A stretch of DNA of 64,000 bases from a phage. The notes under the pieces were generated by a model. That model did not search any database. It saw nothing but the letters and a program-made list of their open reading frames with translations, and had not been told where the DNA came from. Position numbers and translations under genes: made by a program. Where the stretch lies: the sequence record PZ445443.1; one strand, written 5' to 3'. Of the stretch, positions 48,100-57,852 are shown in pieces (positions within the stretch are counted from its first letter, which is position 1; each line of letters begins with the position of its first letter).

Positions 48100-49235
48100 A
48101 TTGCTCCAACATTTCTAAGAACGTTAACAAGTTTTGTTTGATCATTGAATGTTCGCTTCATATACAAACAGTCAAAAATTATACTCATCCATTGACCTAC
48201 GGAAATTCTACGATCAACACCATTGAAGTCAGTATACTTAACAACACCTTTCGGGAACCACTTCTTGTACTGATCAATAATAGCCACCCACATCTCCTTT
48301 GGAGTGCTGCACTGAGACAGTAGGTAGAATGCTGAGGCATCCCCGAACTTACCCTTACCGATAAGTCCTTGATACGGCTTGATATTGTCAGCAGAGTCAC
48401 CACACAGCATTTGGTATCCGAAGAACAGCATTCCGTAACCACCAACCTCTCCATTAGGCTTCATGAAGATGTTTCCCATACCGTTATCGATCAGCATAGG
48501 GGTTTCCCTTACAAAATCTCCCTTATCGTTTCGCATGGGATCGAACACAAGCCCCGGTAGTGTTCTTTGGTCCTTATCAATAGAGATAATAAACTTGTTG
48601 AACTTACCTGTTTTTTGGTAGTGGTTCCAACCTTCAAATTGCTGGATAGCTAACCAGTCGTCAGCCTCGATACCGTTGATCACTTGAGCATTATACTGCT
48701 TTTGGAGATACTGTCTTGCATCTCCAAGCAGCAGTGGTCGAAGAGTATTGTTACGGTTGGCTTTGTATCTTTCCGGCATGGGAAGATCTAGTCTGAAATT
48801 ACCTGTGCCTCCAAGTACCCCCACGCACCGATCTTCCGGAATACCGAGATAATTAAGGACTGCATTAGCTTTACACTTAATTGTGTGCAAGCAGTTCTCT
48901 ACAGGATCAGGGGTTTGGATATCCAAGACATCGAAATCTTCTCGTGTCCACGGAATAAACTCCTTGCCAGCCTTTTTACATGCAGCTTCACGGTTGGTAT
49001 TCTCAGCTTTTAACCAACCACCAACGGTGTTCTTCTGCCGCCCCCAGAACTCTGTTCGTGTTTTAAACATCTTCTTACGTCCGGAGGCTTTGTGTGTTAC
49101 CTCAATTGTCCTTTTTTCACAACTTGCTGCAGCTTGATATGCAACCTGATCGAAGTCATAATAAACTATAGCGTCAGGTTCAAGAAGATCAGCCAGACAA
49201 TCTATGGACTCAATAAGTGGATATTCTCTACTCAA
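48096..49235 (-). CDS. 5'-3' exonuclease / flap endonuclease-like protein
   Basis: FEN-like acidic clusters GIEADDWLAI, ISIDKD and GDSADNI. Confidence 0.5.
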   Translation of the reverse strand: MSREYPLIESIDCLADLLEPDAIVYYDFDQVAYQAAASCEKRTIEVTHKASGRKKMFKTRTEFWGRQKNTVGGWLKAENTNREAACKKAGKEFIPWTREDFDVLDIQTPDPVENCLHTIKCKANAVLNYLGIPEDRCVGVLGGTGNFRLDLPMPERYKANRNNTLRPLLLGDARQYLQKQYNAQVINGIEADDWLAIQQFEGWNHYQKTGKFNKFIISIDKDQRTLPGLVFDPMRNDKGDFVRETPMLIDNGMGNIFMKPNGEVGGYGMLFFGYQMLCGDSADNIKPYQGLIGKGKFGDASAFYLLSQCSTPKEMWVAIIDQYKKWFPKGVVKYTDFNGVDRRISVGQWMSIIFDCLYMKRTFNDQTKLVNVLRNVGAI

Positions 49236-49536
49236 AGACCCTCCTGTTAGTTATTCTGCAAGATGGTTGGATGCTGTAATGGAATGCATCATCACTTTCT
49301 GCAATAAGTGACTCAACATCCCAATACTTTTCAAAAAGGAACGGATTAGAACCCCAGTGATGAGTTATTTTCATCAAGGAGTCTGGTATCAGATAACCAG
49401 AGATCTTAACTACATCACCAGGTTGAATTGTGTTTTCATGAAGGTTGCTTGCCTTCTTCAGGATCATACCTTTATGATTCTCGTTTGCATACAACTGGAC
49501 AATATCTTTATCTTCAACAATAAAAATTTTAAGCAT
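49228..49536 (-). CDS. hypothetical protein
   Basis: 102 aa ORF. Confidence 0.45.
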   Translation of the reverse strand: MLKIFIVEDKDIVQLYANENHKGMILKKASNLHENTIQPGDVVKISGYLIPDSLMKITHHWGSNPFLFEKYWDVESLIAESDDAFHYSIQPSCRITNRRVFE

Positions 49537-49595
49537 ATCTAGTTCTCCTGGTTTATAAATATCTGAACGATAATATCAGATTAATAACACTTTTG

Positions 49596-49889
49596 TCAAG
49601 ACTTTTTAGTCTTTCTTGGAGAGCTTTTTGTTGATCTTTTCCTTTTGTGGTAGATTCCAAGTGCAGCGTTTTCTTGGGCGCACGTTTTAACAGTTCTCAG
49701 ACAAGAACTTTCAGCTTTAGGCAGGTTTAACTCCCACCAACCAAGCCAGTAAAGTTCTGATTCAGACAACTGCTCAGATTCAGCCTTCCGATACAAGGCT
49801 TGCATACCTCTAATGATATCGTCCAGAGGTGTATCGAATACAAAAGCTGTCTTATCGAATTTCTCTTTTACAGGTCTCTTAGCCATCAA
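49596..49889 (-). CDS. hypothetical protein with basic C-terminus
   Basis: 97 aa ORF. Confidence 0.45.
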   Translation of the reverse strand: MMAKRPVKEKFDKTAFVFDTPLDDIIRGMQALYRKAESEQLSESELYWLGWWELNLPKAESSCLRTVKTCAQENAALGIYHKRKRSTKSSPRKTKKS

Positions 49890-50343
49890 GGTAACCCTCT
49901 ATCCACGAAAAGTCAGTCTTCCATTCTGGAACTTTACTAAGCTCACGCCACTCTGCAAAGCAGTCTCGGTAATACGCCTCTGCCATACCTTTGGTGATCT
50001 TATTCACCTTAGCCAACTGATTAACTGCCTGAGCATACTTTCCACGGATATTTGCTAACCCAGGATGCACCGATGTGTGACAATCTGGGCACAACGCTAT
50101 CAGTCCGACAAGCCGGATCACTCCCTCTTCGAAAGTGTAAAGTTCATGACACTCCACTGGGTGTTTGCTGCCTTTACCTCCGCACACCTCACAAGTGTAG
50201 TTGGCTTCTCTGTAGCACTTCTTACGGATCTTATCCCACTCACTCTTCTTCACAGCGTTTCGGAGGTTATTATACCAAGCTGTTTCTGGGATCAGTTGCA
50301 CAATAAGCCTGCGTTCAGACTTCATTAAACGTCCGTCTTCCAC
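49879..50343 (-). CDS. HNH endonuclease
   Basis: Cys/His HNH arrangement CEVCGG...HELY...CPDCH. Confidence 0.6.
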   Translation of the reverse strand: MEDGRLMKSERRLIVQLIPETAWYNNLRNAVKKSEWDKIRKKCYREANYTCEVCGGKGSKHPVECHELYTFEEGVIRLVGLIALCPDCHTSVHPGLANIRGKYAQAVNQLAKVNKITKGMAEAYYRDCFAEWRELSKVPEWKTDFSWIEGYLDG

Positions 50344-50352
50344 GTATCCTCC

Positions 50353-50559
50353 TCATTCAAAGAAATGGGTGCGAGGGCAGGAACCTGCCTCACCTTGTTT
50401 CACAAGTTCGTAGAGCTCACCTTGGCTTGTCTCATAAAGGCAAATACGTTTACCATTGTCCCGATATACATCGACAAGATACGCTGTTTCACCTGCAAAC
50501 ACGACACCACAGGCCAGACATGCTGCCATGAACAAAATTGCCAACAGAAAATCTTTCAT
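50353..50559 (-). CDS. small lipoprotein
   Basis: Signal peptide with lipobox LACG; 68 aa. Confidence 0.5.
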   Translation of the reverse strand: MKDFLLAILFMAACLACGVVFAGETAYLVDVYRDNGKRICLYETSQGELYELVKQGEAGSCPRTHFFE

Positions 50560-50622
50560 GGTTAAACCCTCCTAAACATTTTATGAGGTAAAAATACCAC
50601 GTCCGTGTGGTTATGTCAATGA

Positions 50623-51384
50623 TTAATCCTCAACACAAGGTCTTGGATAGCCTCTGGATAACTTCCACTCAGTTAGTGACATCCCTCCGTAGAGACAGTT
50701 TACTTCCCAAGATTTTCTTGCACAAACTGCCTCCCACCACGGATTTAGCCACTTCCTGTCGTTGAAGCACCTTAAGTTTCTTCCTTTGTTATCTCGTGCC
50801 CTCCAACAGGTATCTTTCTTAGACCAATCAATACCAGGCAGGATATTATTCTTGTGCGGGTTTGGAACTATCTTTAAAGCCTCTTCAGGGTTAGCTATTG
50901 ACCATTCAATCCTAGACTTAGCCTCTTCGAAAGTGTCAAAATCTCCCAACCTAACATTTACCCTATTTATCCTTCTACTTGCCCTCCACTTACCCTCTCT
51001 TTTCAGCCATACCACCCCAGTCACTGTAGAGGTATTATTGCTTTGTACATTTTCCAAGGCTCTCTTACAGTAGTTATCCCAAGGCTTCAACATTTGAAGG
51101 TTTTCTATCTTGTCTACAGGCACCCCGTTAGTAGAATTTTTCTTAGAGACAATATGATCGATATGCCAAGTATCTGTGACACATCCGTAAAACATGTCAA
51201 AAATTTCCCTATGTCTGCCACGTTTAACATTTGTCAGCTTATTATACACTTGGAAATATCCAGTCTTTTTGTTGTAGTGTCCAGCCCTATTTCCATTTCT
51301 ACTGCAGCCAGGTTTCCAAAAGATTAGATCACCATCCTTGTACCAATAAGGATAGTGATCATTAAAAAAGAAATGTATCGTCAT
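50623..51384 (-). CDS. HNH homing endonuclease with AP2-like DNA-binding domain
   Basis: HIDHI...N...N HNH motif; C-terminal AP2-like segment. Confidence 0.65.
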   Translation of the reverse strand: MTIHFFFNDHYPYWYKDGDLIFWKPGCSRNGNRAGHYNKKTGYFQVYNKLTNVKRGRHREIFDMFYGCVTDTWHIDHIVSKKNSTNGVPVDKIENLQMLKPWDNYCKRALENVQSNNTSTVTGVVWLKREGKWRASRRINRVNVRLGDFDTFEEAKSRIEWSIANPEEALKIVPNPHKNNILPGIDWSKKDTCWRARDNKGRNLRCFNDRKWLNPWWEAVCARKSWEVNCLYGGMSLTEWKLSRGYPRPCVED

Positions 51385-51438
51385 ATCTCAACACACCTCT
51401 GGTGTAGCAAGGTAGGCGAGTGGCCTACCTTTTGATCA

Positions 51439-51936
51439 TTAATCCAGAACAACACCTCCAAACTCTACAAATTTCTTAAGCAACTTGTCAATGGTTTTTG
51501 GATTTTGGTCGTACTGGTTGTATGGGAACGAAGCCCAAATATTTGAGGTCTTACGTATAGCAGATTTAATATGACCGTTATCTATATCTTCAAGTGCTTT
51601 ACGTTCTCTGATCAACTGGATCGCCCACTTATCCTGACTGTCTGGTCCAAAATCAGGCAACTTAAGCTGTTTTTTGTAGTGTTCCCAGTATTTGACAAGA
51701 AATTGATATTTACCGCAGGCTGTAGTTCTTTGCCCTTTTGAGTTAAACACTTTACCAGGGCGACCGTTTGCAAAAGGGTGCGTAGAAAAATCTGTAAAGA
51801 TTTCAGGTTTTCCGTCCATCCCGTATGCTACAACATCGTATCCTCCACATTTGGTGGCAGGGTGGGTTGTTGTTCCCTCTGCCCAGCCAATAAGATCCAA
51901 GAAAGCTTTTCGTTGAACATTTTTATCAAGTTTCAT
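51439..51936 (-). CDS. endolysin, lambda R-type lytic transglycosylase
   Basis: N-terminal QRKAFLDLIGWAEGT matches lambda R-family catalytic region. Confidence 0.75.
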   Translation of the reverse strand: MKLDKNVQRKAFLDLIGWAEGTTTHPATKCGGYDVVAYGMDGKPEIFTDFSTHPFANGRPGKVFNSKGQRTTACGKYQFLVKYWEHYKKQLKLPDFGPDSQDKWAIQLIRERKALEDIDNGHIKSAIRKTSNIWASFPYNQYDQNPKTIDKLLKKFVEFGGVVLD

Positions 51937-52059
51937 TTTTCATACTCTCCAGTTTACTCATAACTAACCCGATCAACAACACTGCATAGTGTGGTTATGT
52001 AGGTGCCAATTGAAAACCATCATTCAATTGGTTACCGTTACCTACTAGACCTTCCTACA

Positions 52060-53325
52060 TTATTCCAGCACCTCCCAAGTTTCTGGATTAAGATTGCGGA
52101 ATGCGATACCCACAGGGAATTGAGGCACACCGTCCACCGTACGCTGTTGGAATTTTATCGTGATAAATTTGCCAACATATGAGCAGCATTTTTCGTAGTT
52201 CCTTACGGCAAAAGTGCCTTTCATTTTGCATTTGCATTGTGTCCCATCTTTCTCTTCGCAGATAAGAACACCTTCTCCGTTTTTATCTTTTTCAACACCG
52301 ATCACTTTTGCTTCAACATCGGTGAACAGTTTCCACTTGAGCAGATCAGTAGAGCGTTGACCGTATTCGTAGGTGCCACGGAAGTTACGAATAATAGATC
52401 CTTCATAACCTTCCTGCATGTACTGTCCGATGGAGTTGCGAACCTCTTCCTCGTTGTAGGCGATCTTGAAAGGAACACCCTCGACGTTGGTGAGATGGTT
52501 AACTTCACAATAATCAATAACTTCCTGAAGATTTGTGGCCCGATCTTCCCAGCGATGGATGCAATCAGGAACATCGAACACCATCAGTTTCAGGTCATAA
52601 GAGCAGTAACCTCCATACCGATCAGAATCACGGACAGGTTCTTCATAAACCGGATGATCAACCTTGTTGAAGTCTTTCCAGGTCTCCTCTCCGGCCTTGA
52701 TCGCTTTCTCACGGCGTTTTATGTCTGCCATGAAGTCCTTATCAATTTCTTTCTCAATGTCTTCCAGACTACGCCATTTCTTAACGAGGGAGGTTATTTT
52801 CTGCAACGGTAGACCGTGAATGTAGAACTCTCCATCAAATTCATCAAAGCCTGTTTCTTCATGCAGGTCTTGTAGCTCACGGAGGATGTTACCTTTCGGC
52901 TCATACACTTTGTTACCGCGAGAGATGAATTTAGGTACACCGTCTACGAATTTGACAAAGCAACGGTTCCCGTCAAGTTTGTGTTGCAGGTGGCATGGAT
53001 ACACAATAGCGTGTGGTTTTTTCGAAGCATCTTGCGCCAGCATAGGTGAAATGTCAATGGCCTCAAGGTCTTCGACATTTTCTTTGTAACCCAGCCGGAC
53101 TTGCTTTTCCCATTTAGACTGCGCCTCTAAAACAGCTTGTTCTTCTGCTGTAGTTTCGTTGGATCGCCCGATGTTTTTGGCTTCACATTTTGTGGTTTTT
53201 GATTGTACAGCGCCACCAACCCTGCCGAACACAACAATAACCTCGTTGCCGCTTGTATCGACTTTCCACATCTGGATGGACCCGTCTTTATTGCGAGCAT
53301 AAAGTGTTGTTTTGAATTGATGCAT
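52060..53325 (-). CDS. ATP-dependent DNA ligase
   Basis: Adenylation motif KLDGNRC (KxDG); 421 aa. Confidence 0.75.
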   Translation of the reverse strand: MHQFKTTLYARNKDGSIQMWKVDTSGNEVIVVFGRVGGAVQSKTTKCEAKNIGRSNETTAEEQAVLEAQSKWEKQVRLGYKENVEDLEAIDISPMLAQDASKKPHAIVYPCHLQHKLDGNRCFVKFVDGVPKFISRGNKVYEPKGNILRELQDLHEETGFDEFDGEFYIHGLPLQKITSLVKKWRSLEDIEKEIDKDFMADIKRREKAIKAGEETWKDFNKVDHPVYEEPVRDSDRYGGYCSYDLKLMVFDVPDCIHRWEDRATNLQEVIDYCEVNHLTNVEGVPFKIAYNEEEVRNSIGQYMQEGYEGSIIRNFRGTYEYGQRSTDLLKWKLFTDVEAKVIGVEKDKNGEGVLICEEKDGTQCKCKMKGTFAVRNYEKCCSYVGKFITIKFQQRTVDGVPQFPVGIAFRNLNPETWEVLE

Positions 53326-53594
53326 TACTCTACCTCTTCCTTAAAAATTTTAAACATCTCTTCTTTACTCATTACCAACCAGTCACCCATAAAATCAACA
53401 AGCCAATCACCCTGGTACAAGACTAGGTTACCAAACGGCTCTACAAGCTCACACATACGACGAAGATCTCTGGTCCGAACAGGTGACGATGTAAACACAC
53501 CTGTATCAATCCACCGTTGCAGATCAGATACTGATGAAGAGCTTCCGTCAAACTGGTGTGCTTCTACAGGTTTAGCAAGATTAAATAACGGCAT
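53325..53594 (-). CDS. hypothetical protein
   Basis: 89 aa ORF. Confidence 0.45.
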   Translation of the reverse strand: MPLFNLAKPVEAHQFDGSSSSVSDLQRWIDTGVFTSSPVRTRDLRRMCELVEPFGNLVLYQGDWLVDFMGDWLVMSKEEMFKIFKEEVE

Positions 53595-53889
53595 TGCAGT
53601 CCTCCTTATCTAATAGGTCTTTTATCGGGTAAACAAGCAGGTGTGGATCGTAATAATTTATAGTTTTATTCTGCCACACTATGAACTTAATTACAACTAA
53701 ATTTACCACATCTTTATCTCCATGCAGTCCAACACACAGATTTGTCCATATTTTGTGGTTGAATACTTTGCTGTCGATGTAGATCTTAGTGTCAAACTTA
53801 TCCTCTATCCTACCTATAAGTTTAACCAATTCTTTCATCTGATCTCCAAACACAGCATCGTTTTCAAGATCTCTGGAGTGCTTGTACAT
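53581..53889 (-). CDS. hypothetical protein
   Basis: 102 aa ORF. Confidence 0.45.
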   Translation of the reverse strand: MYKHSRDLENDAVFGDQMKELVKLIGRIEDKFDTKIYIDSKVFNHKIWTNLCVGLHGDKDVVNLVVIKFIVWQNKTINYYDPHLLVYPIKDLLDKEDCNAVI

Positions 53890-53952
53890 AACTTTCTACC
53901 TCACTTGCATACTTTCCGAAACAAGTAAAGCCGGGTAATCCCGGCTATGTTG

Positions 53953-54666
53953 TTAAATATACTCTGTTACATCCTTGAAGCTCGAAGGCTTCATGATCTT
54001 ACCTTTACTGTCAAGGAATATGATAACTTTATTACCGTTGTAGAATTCTTCCTTAGCAACAAAACCTTCATATCGACCATCAAAGCGTCGCTCAAGATCT
54101 TTAATCTCCAACTCGATGAGTTGTTCAGCAGGCATATCTGCACTGGCACCGTGTGAATACCGTAGATGATTTACCCGTGCAAACTTGCTGTCATTCGATT
54201 TGAGAACCTTACGCATCATCCCGCACACATCTCCGCGAAGCTGGAACAGCAAAGCTGTTGACAACTCTGCTAAGCGGTAAGCGGATGCTCTTTGCTTAGA
54301 GGTGTTTTTCGCAGCGATCAGTGTATCATAGAACTCACCGATCTTGAACTTAAGATCATGCGGATTATCAAACAGGTCTGACCACATTTTGTGATTATCA
54401 TTAACAAGATAAGCGGCATAACTTGTGACAACGTGAAGATCGCAGGCCTCTTTTAGCAGGTGATCTCCGCCATCACCTTTCTCCAGCTCTTCCAAAACTT
54501 CATTGAACTCTTCCTCAATGAAGCTAAGCTGTAATTCGAACGGTGTGTATGATTTTTTCACTTTAGCTGCCACACGGTTCCAGTTTTCCACCCAGTTGGC
54601 AGACCAAAGGTAGTTTTCAGGCTGGGACAGTTTTTCAAGGTTGTCAATTAATTTAGTATTCAGCAT
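53953..54666 (-). CDS. hypothetical protein (possible MazG-like pyrophosphohydrolase segment)
   Basis: EEEFNEVLEEL...LKEACDL weakly resembles the MazG EExxE motif. Confidence 0.45.
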   Translation of the reverse strand: MLNTKLIDNLEKLSQPENYLWSANWVENWNRVAAKVKKSYTPFELQLSFIEEEFNEVLEELEKGDGGDHLLKEACDLHVVTSYAAYLVNDNHKMWSDLFDNPHDLKFKIGEFYDTLIAAKNTSKQRASAYRLAELSTALLFQLRGDVCGMMRKVLKSNDSKFARVNHLRYSHGASADMPAEQLIELEIKDLERRFDGRYEGFVAKEEFYNGNKVIIFLDSKGKIMKPSSFKDVTEYI

Positions 54667-54679
54667 TAAAGGTCTCCTT

Positions 54680-55441
54680 TTAAAGTTCCATAAAGTTTTC
54701 TACGGTCTCAATGAATGTTTTATCAGAGAAAGCGTCAACCGCCCCGTTAAACCAAACCGGGATGCCGCGATCCTCGTACTGGTAAATATCACTACGTGAA
54801 ATGCCATTCTCCTCTAGATGCTGTGAGTCGTATTTGTTAACGATCAGCAGTTTGGTGCCCTTATTGCAGGCAGGGAATAGCTCCCAGTTAAAATTGATAA
54901 CTGTGTTGGAACACCCTACAAGGATAACCATATCATTGCTTGTAAGAGAAGTCAACAGGTCATACATGTCTGTATACTTCGGAGCTACTTCTCCGAAGAA
55001 CACCACATTAGGTTTAACCCAGGTATACTTTCCTGCATCTACCTCAGAGTATCCAATGTCCTTAATGACGTCACTTCCTTCATCGTCCTCATAGACTATT
55101 TCTGGCAAATACCCGTGAACATGTAAAATATCTTCATGTTTTACACCAGCACGCTCCAGCAAATCATCTACATTGGTGGTAAGGTTGATCACACGACCAG
55201 ACCAGCGGGAATACCACTCAGCGATCCGAAGATGTGCAAGGTTAGGCTCAACACCGCCTAGAGCTACACGACGTGCATTGTAAAAGTCATGCACCTTGTA
55301 GTAGTTCTTGGCAAAGGTGTGGATGTTGCACACCTCATCGATGCTGAAATTCTCCCACATTGCAGTGCTACCAGATCGGAAAGTGGGAATACCAGATTCA
55401 GCGCTCAAACCAGCACCGGAGATAATAATCAGTCGTCGCAT
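54680..55441 (-). CDS. Sir2-family NAD-dependent deacylase/ADP-ribosyltransferase-like protein
   Basis: N-terminal NAD-binding motif GAGLSAESGIPTFRSG. Confidence 0.75.
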   Translation of the reverse strand: MRRLIIISGAGLSAESGIPTFRSGSTAMWENFSIDEVCNIHTFAKNYYKVHDFYNARRVALGGVEPNLAHLRIAEWYSRWSGRVINLTTNVDDLLERAGVKHEDILHVHGYLPEIVYEDDEGSDVIKDIGYSEVDAGKYTWVKPNVVFFGEVAPKYTDMYDLLTSLTSNDMVILVGCSNTVINFNWELFPACNKGTKLLIVNKYDSQHLEENGISRSDIYQYEDRGIPVWFNGAVDAFSDKTFIETVENFMEL

Positions 55442-55449
55442 AAGTGTCC

Positions 55450-55800
55450 TCAGTAGATGTTTTGTTTAATCTCTATTCCAAACTTTTTAAACGAGTCAGC
55501 TGCAAGCATGAATTTACGAGCCGCTGATGGGTTAGAAGTATGCACGAAAATCTTCACGTTGTCAACTACAGGGGGCTTACCAAATACAAATTTTTCCTCC
55601 AACATAGATAGGCAATCGTACCCTTCGAACACCTCTCCAAGGTCGTTGTCCATGTGCCACTCAGAAACGCGTCTGTAGAGCTTTCCCCTATCGTTAATAA
55701 AATCTATAAACTCGGAGGAATTCTTTAGCCAAATAGCGTCTGGGAGCCCATAATTTGACGGATCTCTCAAGTCATCCAGCCACACAATCAACTTCTTCAT
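55450..55800 (-). CDS. hypothetical protein adjacent to Sir2
   Basis: 116 aa; 9 bp from Sir2 start. Confidence 0.5.
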   Translation of the reverse strand: MKKLIVWLDDLRDPSNYGLPDAIWLKNSSEFIDFINDRGKLYRRVSEWHMDNDLGEVFEGYDCLSMLEEKFVFGKPPVVDNVKIFVHTSNPSAARKFMLAADSFKKFGIEIKQNIY

Positions 55801-56732
55801 TGCATATAGTTCTCGTTGTGGAAATAGTAATCAAGTATCTCACGGCGTTCCTGCTCCAGGAGGCAGTTCCACACATCTTCTGTGTAATTGTTACGAATGA
55901 AGTTTACCATGCCGTAAAACTCTTCGTCAACACGTTTAAAGATATCATCATCCCAAATCTTCCAAGCTTTACCCCTCATTACGGCCTTCCGTGCCAGGTA
56001 GTATGGAGACTTGATCTTCAGCCGCAGGTCATAAGGGTAGTAAGGCTTACGGATCATATACCCTTCGCCCCTTGTTTCTGCGGCTAATTCTTTTGCATAG
56101 CTGAACGGGATTTCACGCACAGTGTGAGGACGTTTTGCACCAAGGTATTTGGCAATCCCATCTAAAGCTGCTTCTGGTAGCATTATTCCAGAATCATTAT
56201 ATCTGCAACCTATCAAATATGCGCCATGGTCTTCTTGAACAATATGCGGATCTGAAGGGTGACAAATTTCAAACATGAATGTCATGTTTTCATTGCCCAT
56301 AACCTTCTTGATAAGATCTAAATTACCACATTGCTCTTGGATGGTTTCCTTTGCAAGGTTACAATATGGAGAATCAAGAGACCCGGTTGTTGAGAACAAT
56401 AGGTCACCTTTATGAGATGATACCACACCAAGGAATCCGTTCTTTTTCTCTACCGCAGTCACAAGCTTATTGTCAGGCAGGTTGGTGGAGTTTTCTCCCA
56501 AGTTAAACACTTTTGTGAAGGGCCATGCCACAACATTTCCTTCATTACCTACAACAATGCCTCGGCACTCCAGTAAACGAGGGGACAAATGCCATAAATT
56601 GTTGTAAAATACTTTTCTAGCATATTTATAGATCTTTAACCCGAGATCTGGGTAATACCTACTGGTTACAAGACCTTTGTCAACTAGGTCGTCTGCATTA
56701 AAATACTTCATTATACGTTCCTCATTTGTCAT
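55797..56732 (-). CDS. Rnl1-like RNA ligase
   Basis: Nucleotidyltransferase motifs: I EKKNGF, IV GEGYMIRK, V LRLKIKSPYY. Confidence 0.55.
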   Translation of the reverse strand: MTNEERIMKYFNADDLVDKGLVTSRYYPDLGLKIYKYARKVFYNNLWHLSPRLLECRGIVVGNEGNVVAWPFTKVFNLGENSTNLPDNKLVTAVEKKNGFLGVVSSHKGDLLFSTTGSLDSPYCNLAKETIQEQCGNLDLIKKVMGNENMTFMFEICHPSDPHIVQEDHGAYLIGCRYNDSGIMLPEAALDGIAKYLGAKRPHTVREIPFSYAKELAAETRGEGYMIRKPYYPYDLRLKIKSPYYLARKAVMRGKAWKIWDDDIFKRVDEEFYGMVNFIRNNYTEDVWNCLLEQERREILDYYFHNENYMQ

Positions 56733-56832
56733 TTTGTCAGTCTATCCTGCCACACAAATAACCTAGTGTCAACACTTGAAATTAACAAAACAGTCAGGTA
56801 TACTACCGTTGAAATTAAAACGGAGGGTCACT

Positions 56833-57243
56833 ATGTCTAAAATGCTATATATCGTGCGTGGTCTACCAGGGTCTGGCAAATCAACACTGGCAAATGCGCT
56901 ATCTTTAGAGGGTCTGTATCCACATTTTGAGAACGACATGTTCTGGTATGACGATGACGGCAATTACAACTGGGATGCAAGTAAAGTAACACTCGCAGCA
57001 AAATGGTGCAAAGATAACGTAGAAGATATGATGCGTATGGGATACGACCGTATCGTGGTAAGTAATACGTTTACAAAAGAAAAACATGTGCAGGAATATG
57101 TTGACATGGCAATCAGTCATGGGTATAGTTATACCGTGATCGTGGTTGAAAACCGCCACGGTAATAAAAGCATTCATGATGTTCCAGACAAGGTTGTGGA
57201 TCGTATGGAACGCCAGCTTAAAAACTGCATTAAACTTAAATGA
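56833..57243 (+). CDS. P-loop polynucleotide 5'-kinase-like protein
   Basis: Track start 56776 trimmed to ATG 56833 with GGAGGG RBS; Walker A GLPGSGKST. Confidence 0.5.
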   Translation: MSKMLYIVRGLPGSGKSTLANALSLEGLYPHFENDMFWYDDDGNYNWDASKVTLAAKWCKDNVEDMMRMGYDRIVVSNTFTKEKHVQEYVDMAISHGYSYTVIVVENRHGNKSIHDVPDKVVDRMERQLKNCIKLK

Positions 57244-57250
57244 GGAATGT

Positions 57251-57805
57251 ATGAAATACTTTGTAACAAGCGACACACACTTTCTCCACCAGCGGGTCAT
57301 GGAGTTTGATTCATGTCAAAAACACAGATCTCAGTATGATCACAATCTTGACAGTATGAATGCGGGAATCATCGCCAAGTGGAACTCTGTTGTGTCACCT
57401 GCAGACACTGTGTTCCACTTGGGAGATATTGCGTGCACCAATGATAAGAATATCAACAACTTACTTCCAGATATTCTAAATATGTTGAACGGACATATTA
57501 TTCTTGTTCGTGGCAACCATGACACAAGGACGACTGTCAGAATTATGAAAGAGTTCGGTCATGAGGTTGTAGATTATTACGAGCTTCGCCACAACAAGAA
57601 TTTGATCTGTATGAGCCATTACCAGTTTGCAAAGTGGAACAGAAAGCCTCACGGATCAGTCCAACTGTTCGGTCATGCTCACGGAACCACACAACAGTTG
57701 TTTGGCAGGCAGCTTGATGTCGGTTGGGATGTGTGGGGGAGACTCTTACCATTAGAAGAGGCATACCGTATTGCAATGAGTTTTGATATTGACAGCAGGG
57801 AGTAA
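57251..57805 (+). CDS. calcineurin-like metallophosphoesterase
   Basis: Track start trimmed to ATG 57251; motifs DTHF, GDIA, GNHD. Confidence 0.65.
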   Translation: MKYFVTSDTHFLHQRVMEFDSCQKHRSQYDHNLDSMNAGIIAKWNSVVSPADTVFHLGDIACTNDKNINNLLPDILNMLNGHIILVRGNHDTRTTVRIMKEFGHEVVDYYELRHNKNLICMSHYQFAKWNRKPHGSVQLFGHAHGTTQQLFGRQLDVGWDVWGRLLPLEEAYRIAMSFDIDSRE

Positions 57806-57852
57806 TCCCTGCTATTTTAAAGAAAATTGCCACACAAGGAGAATCAGGAGAT

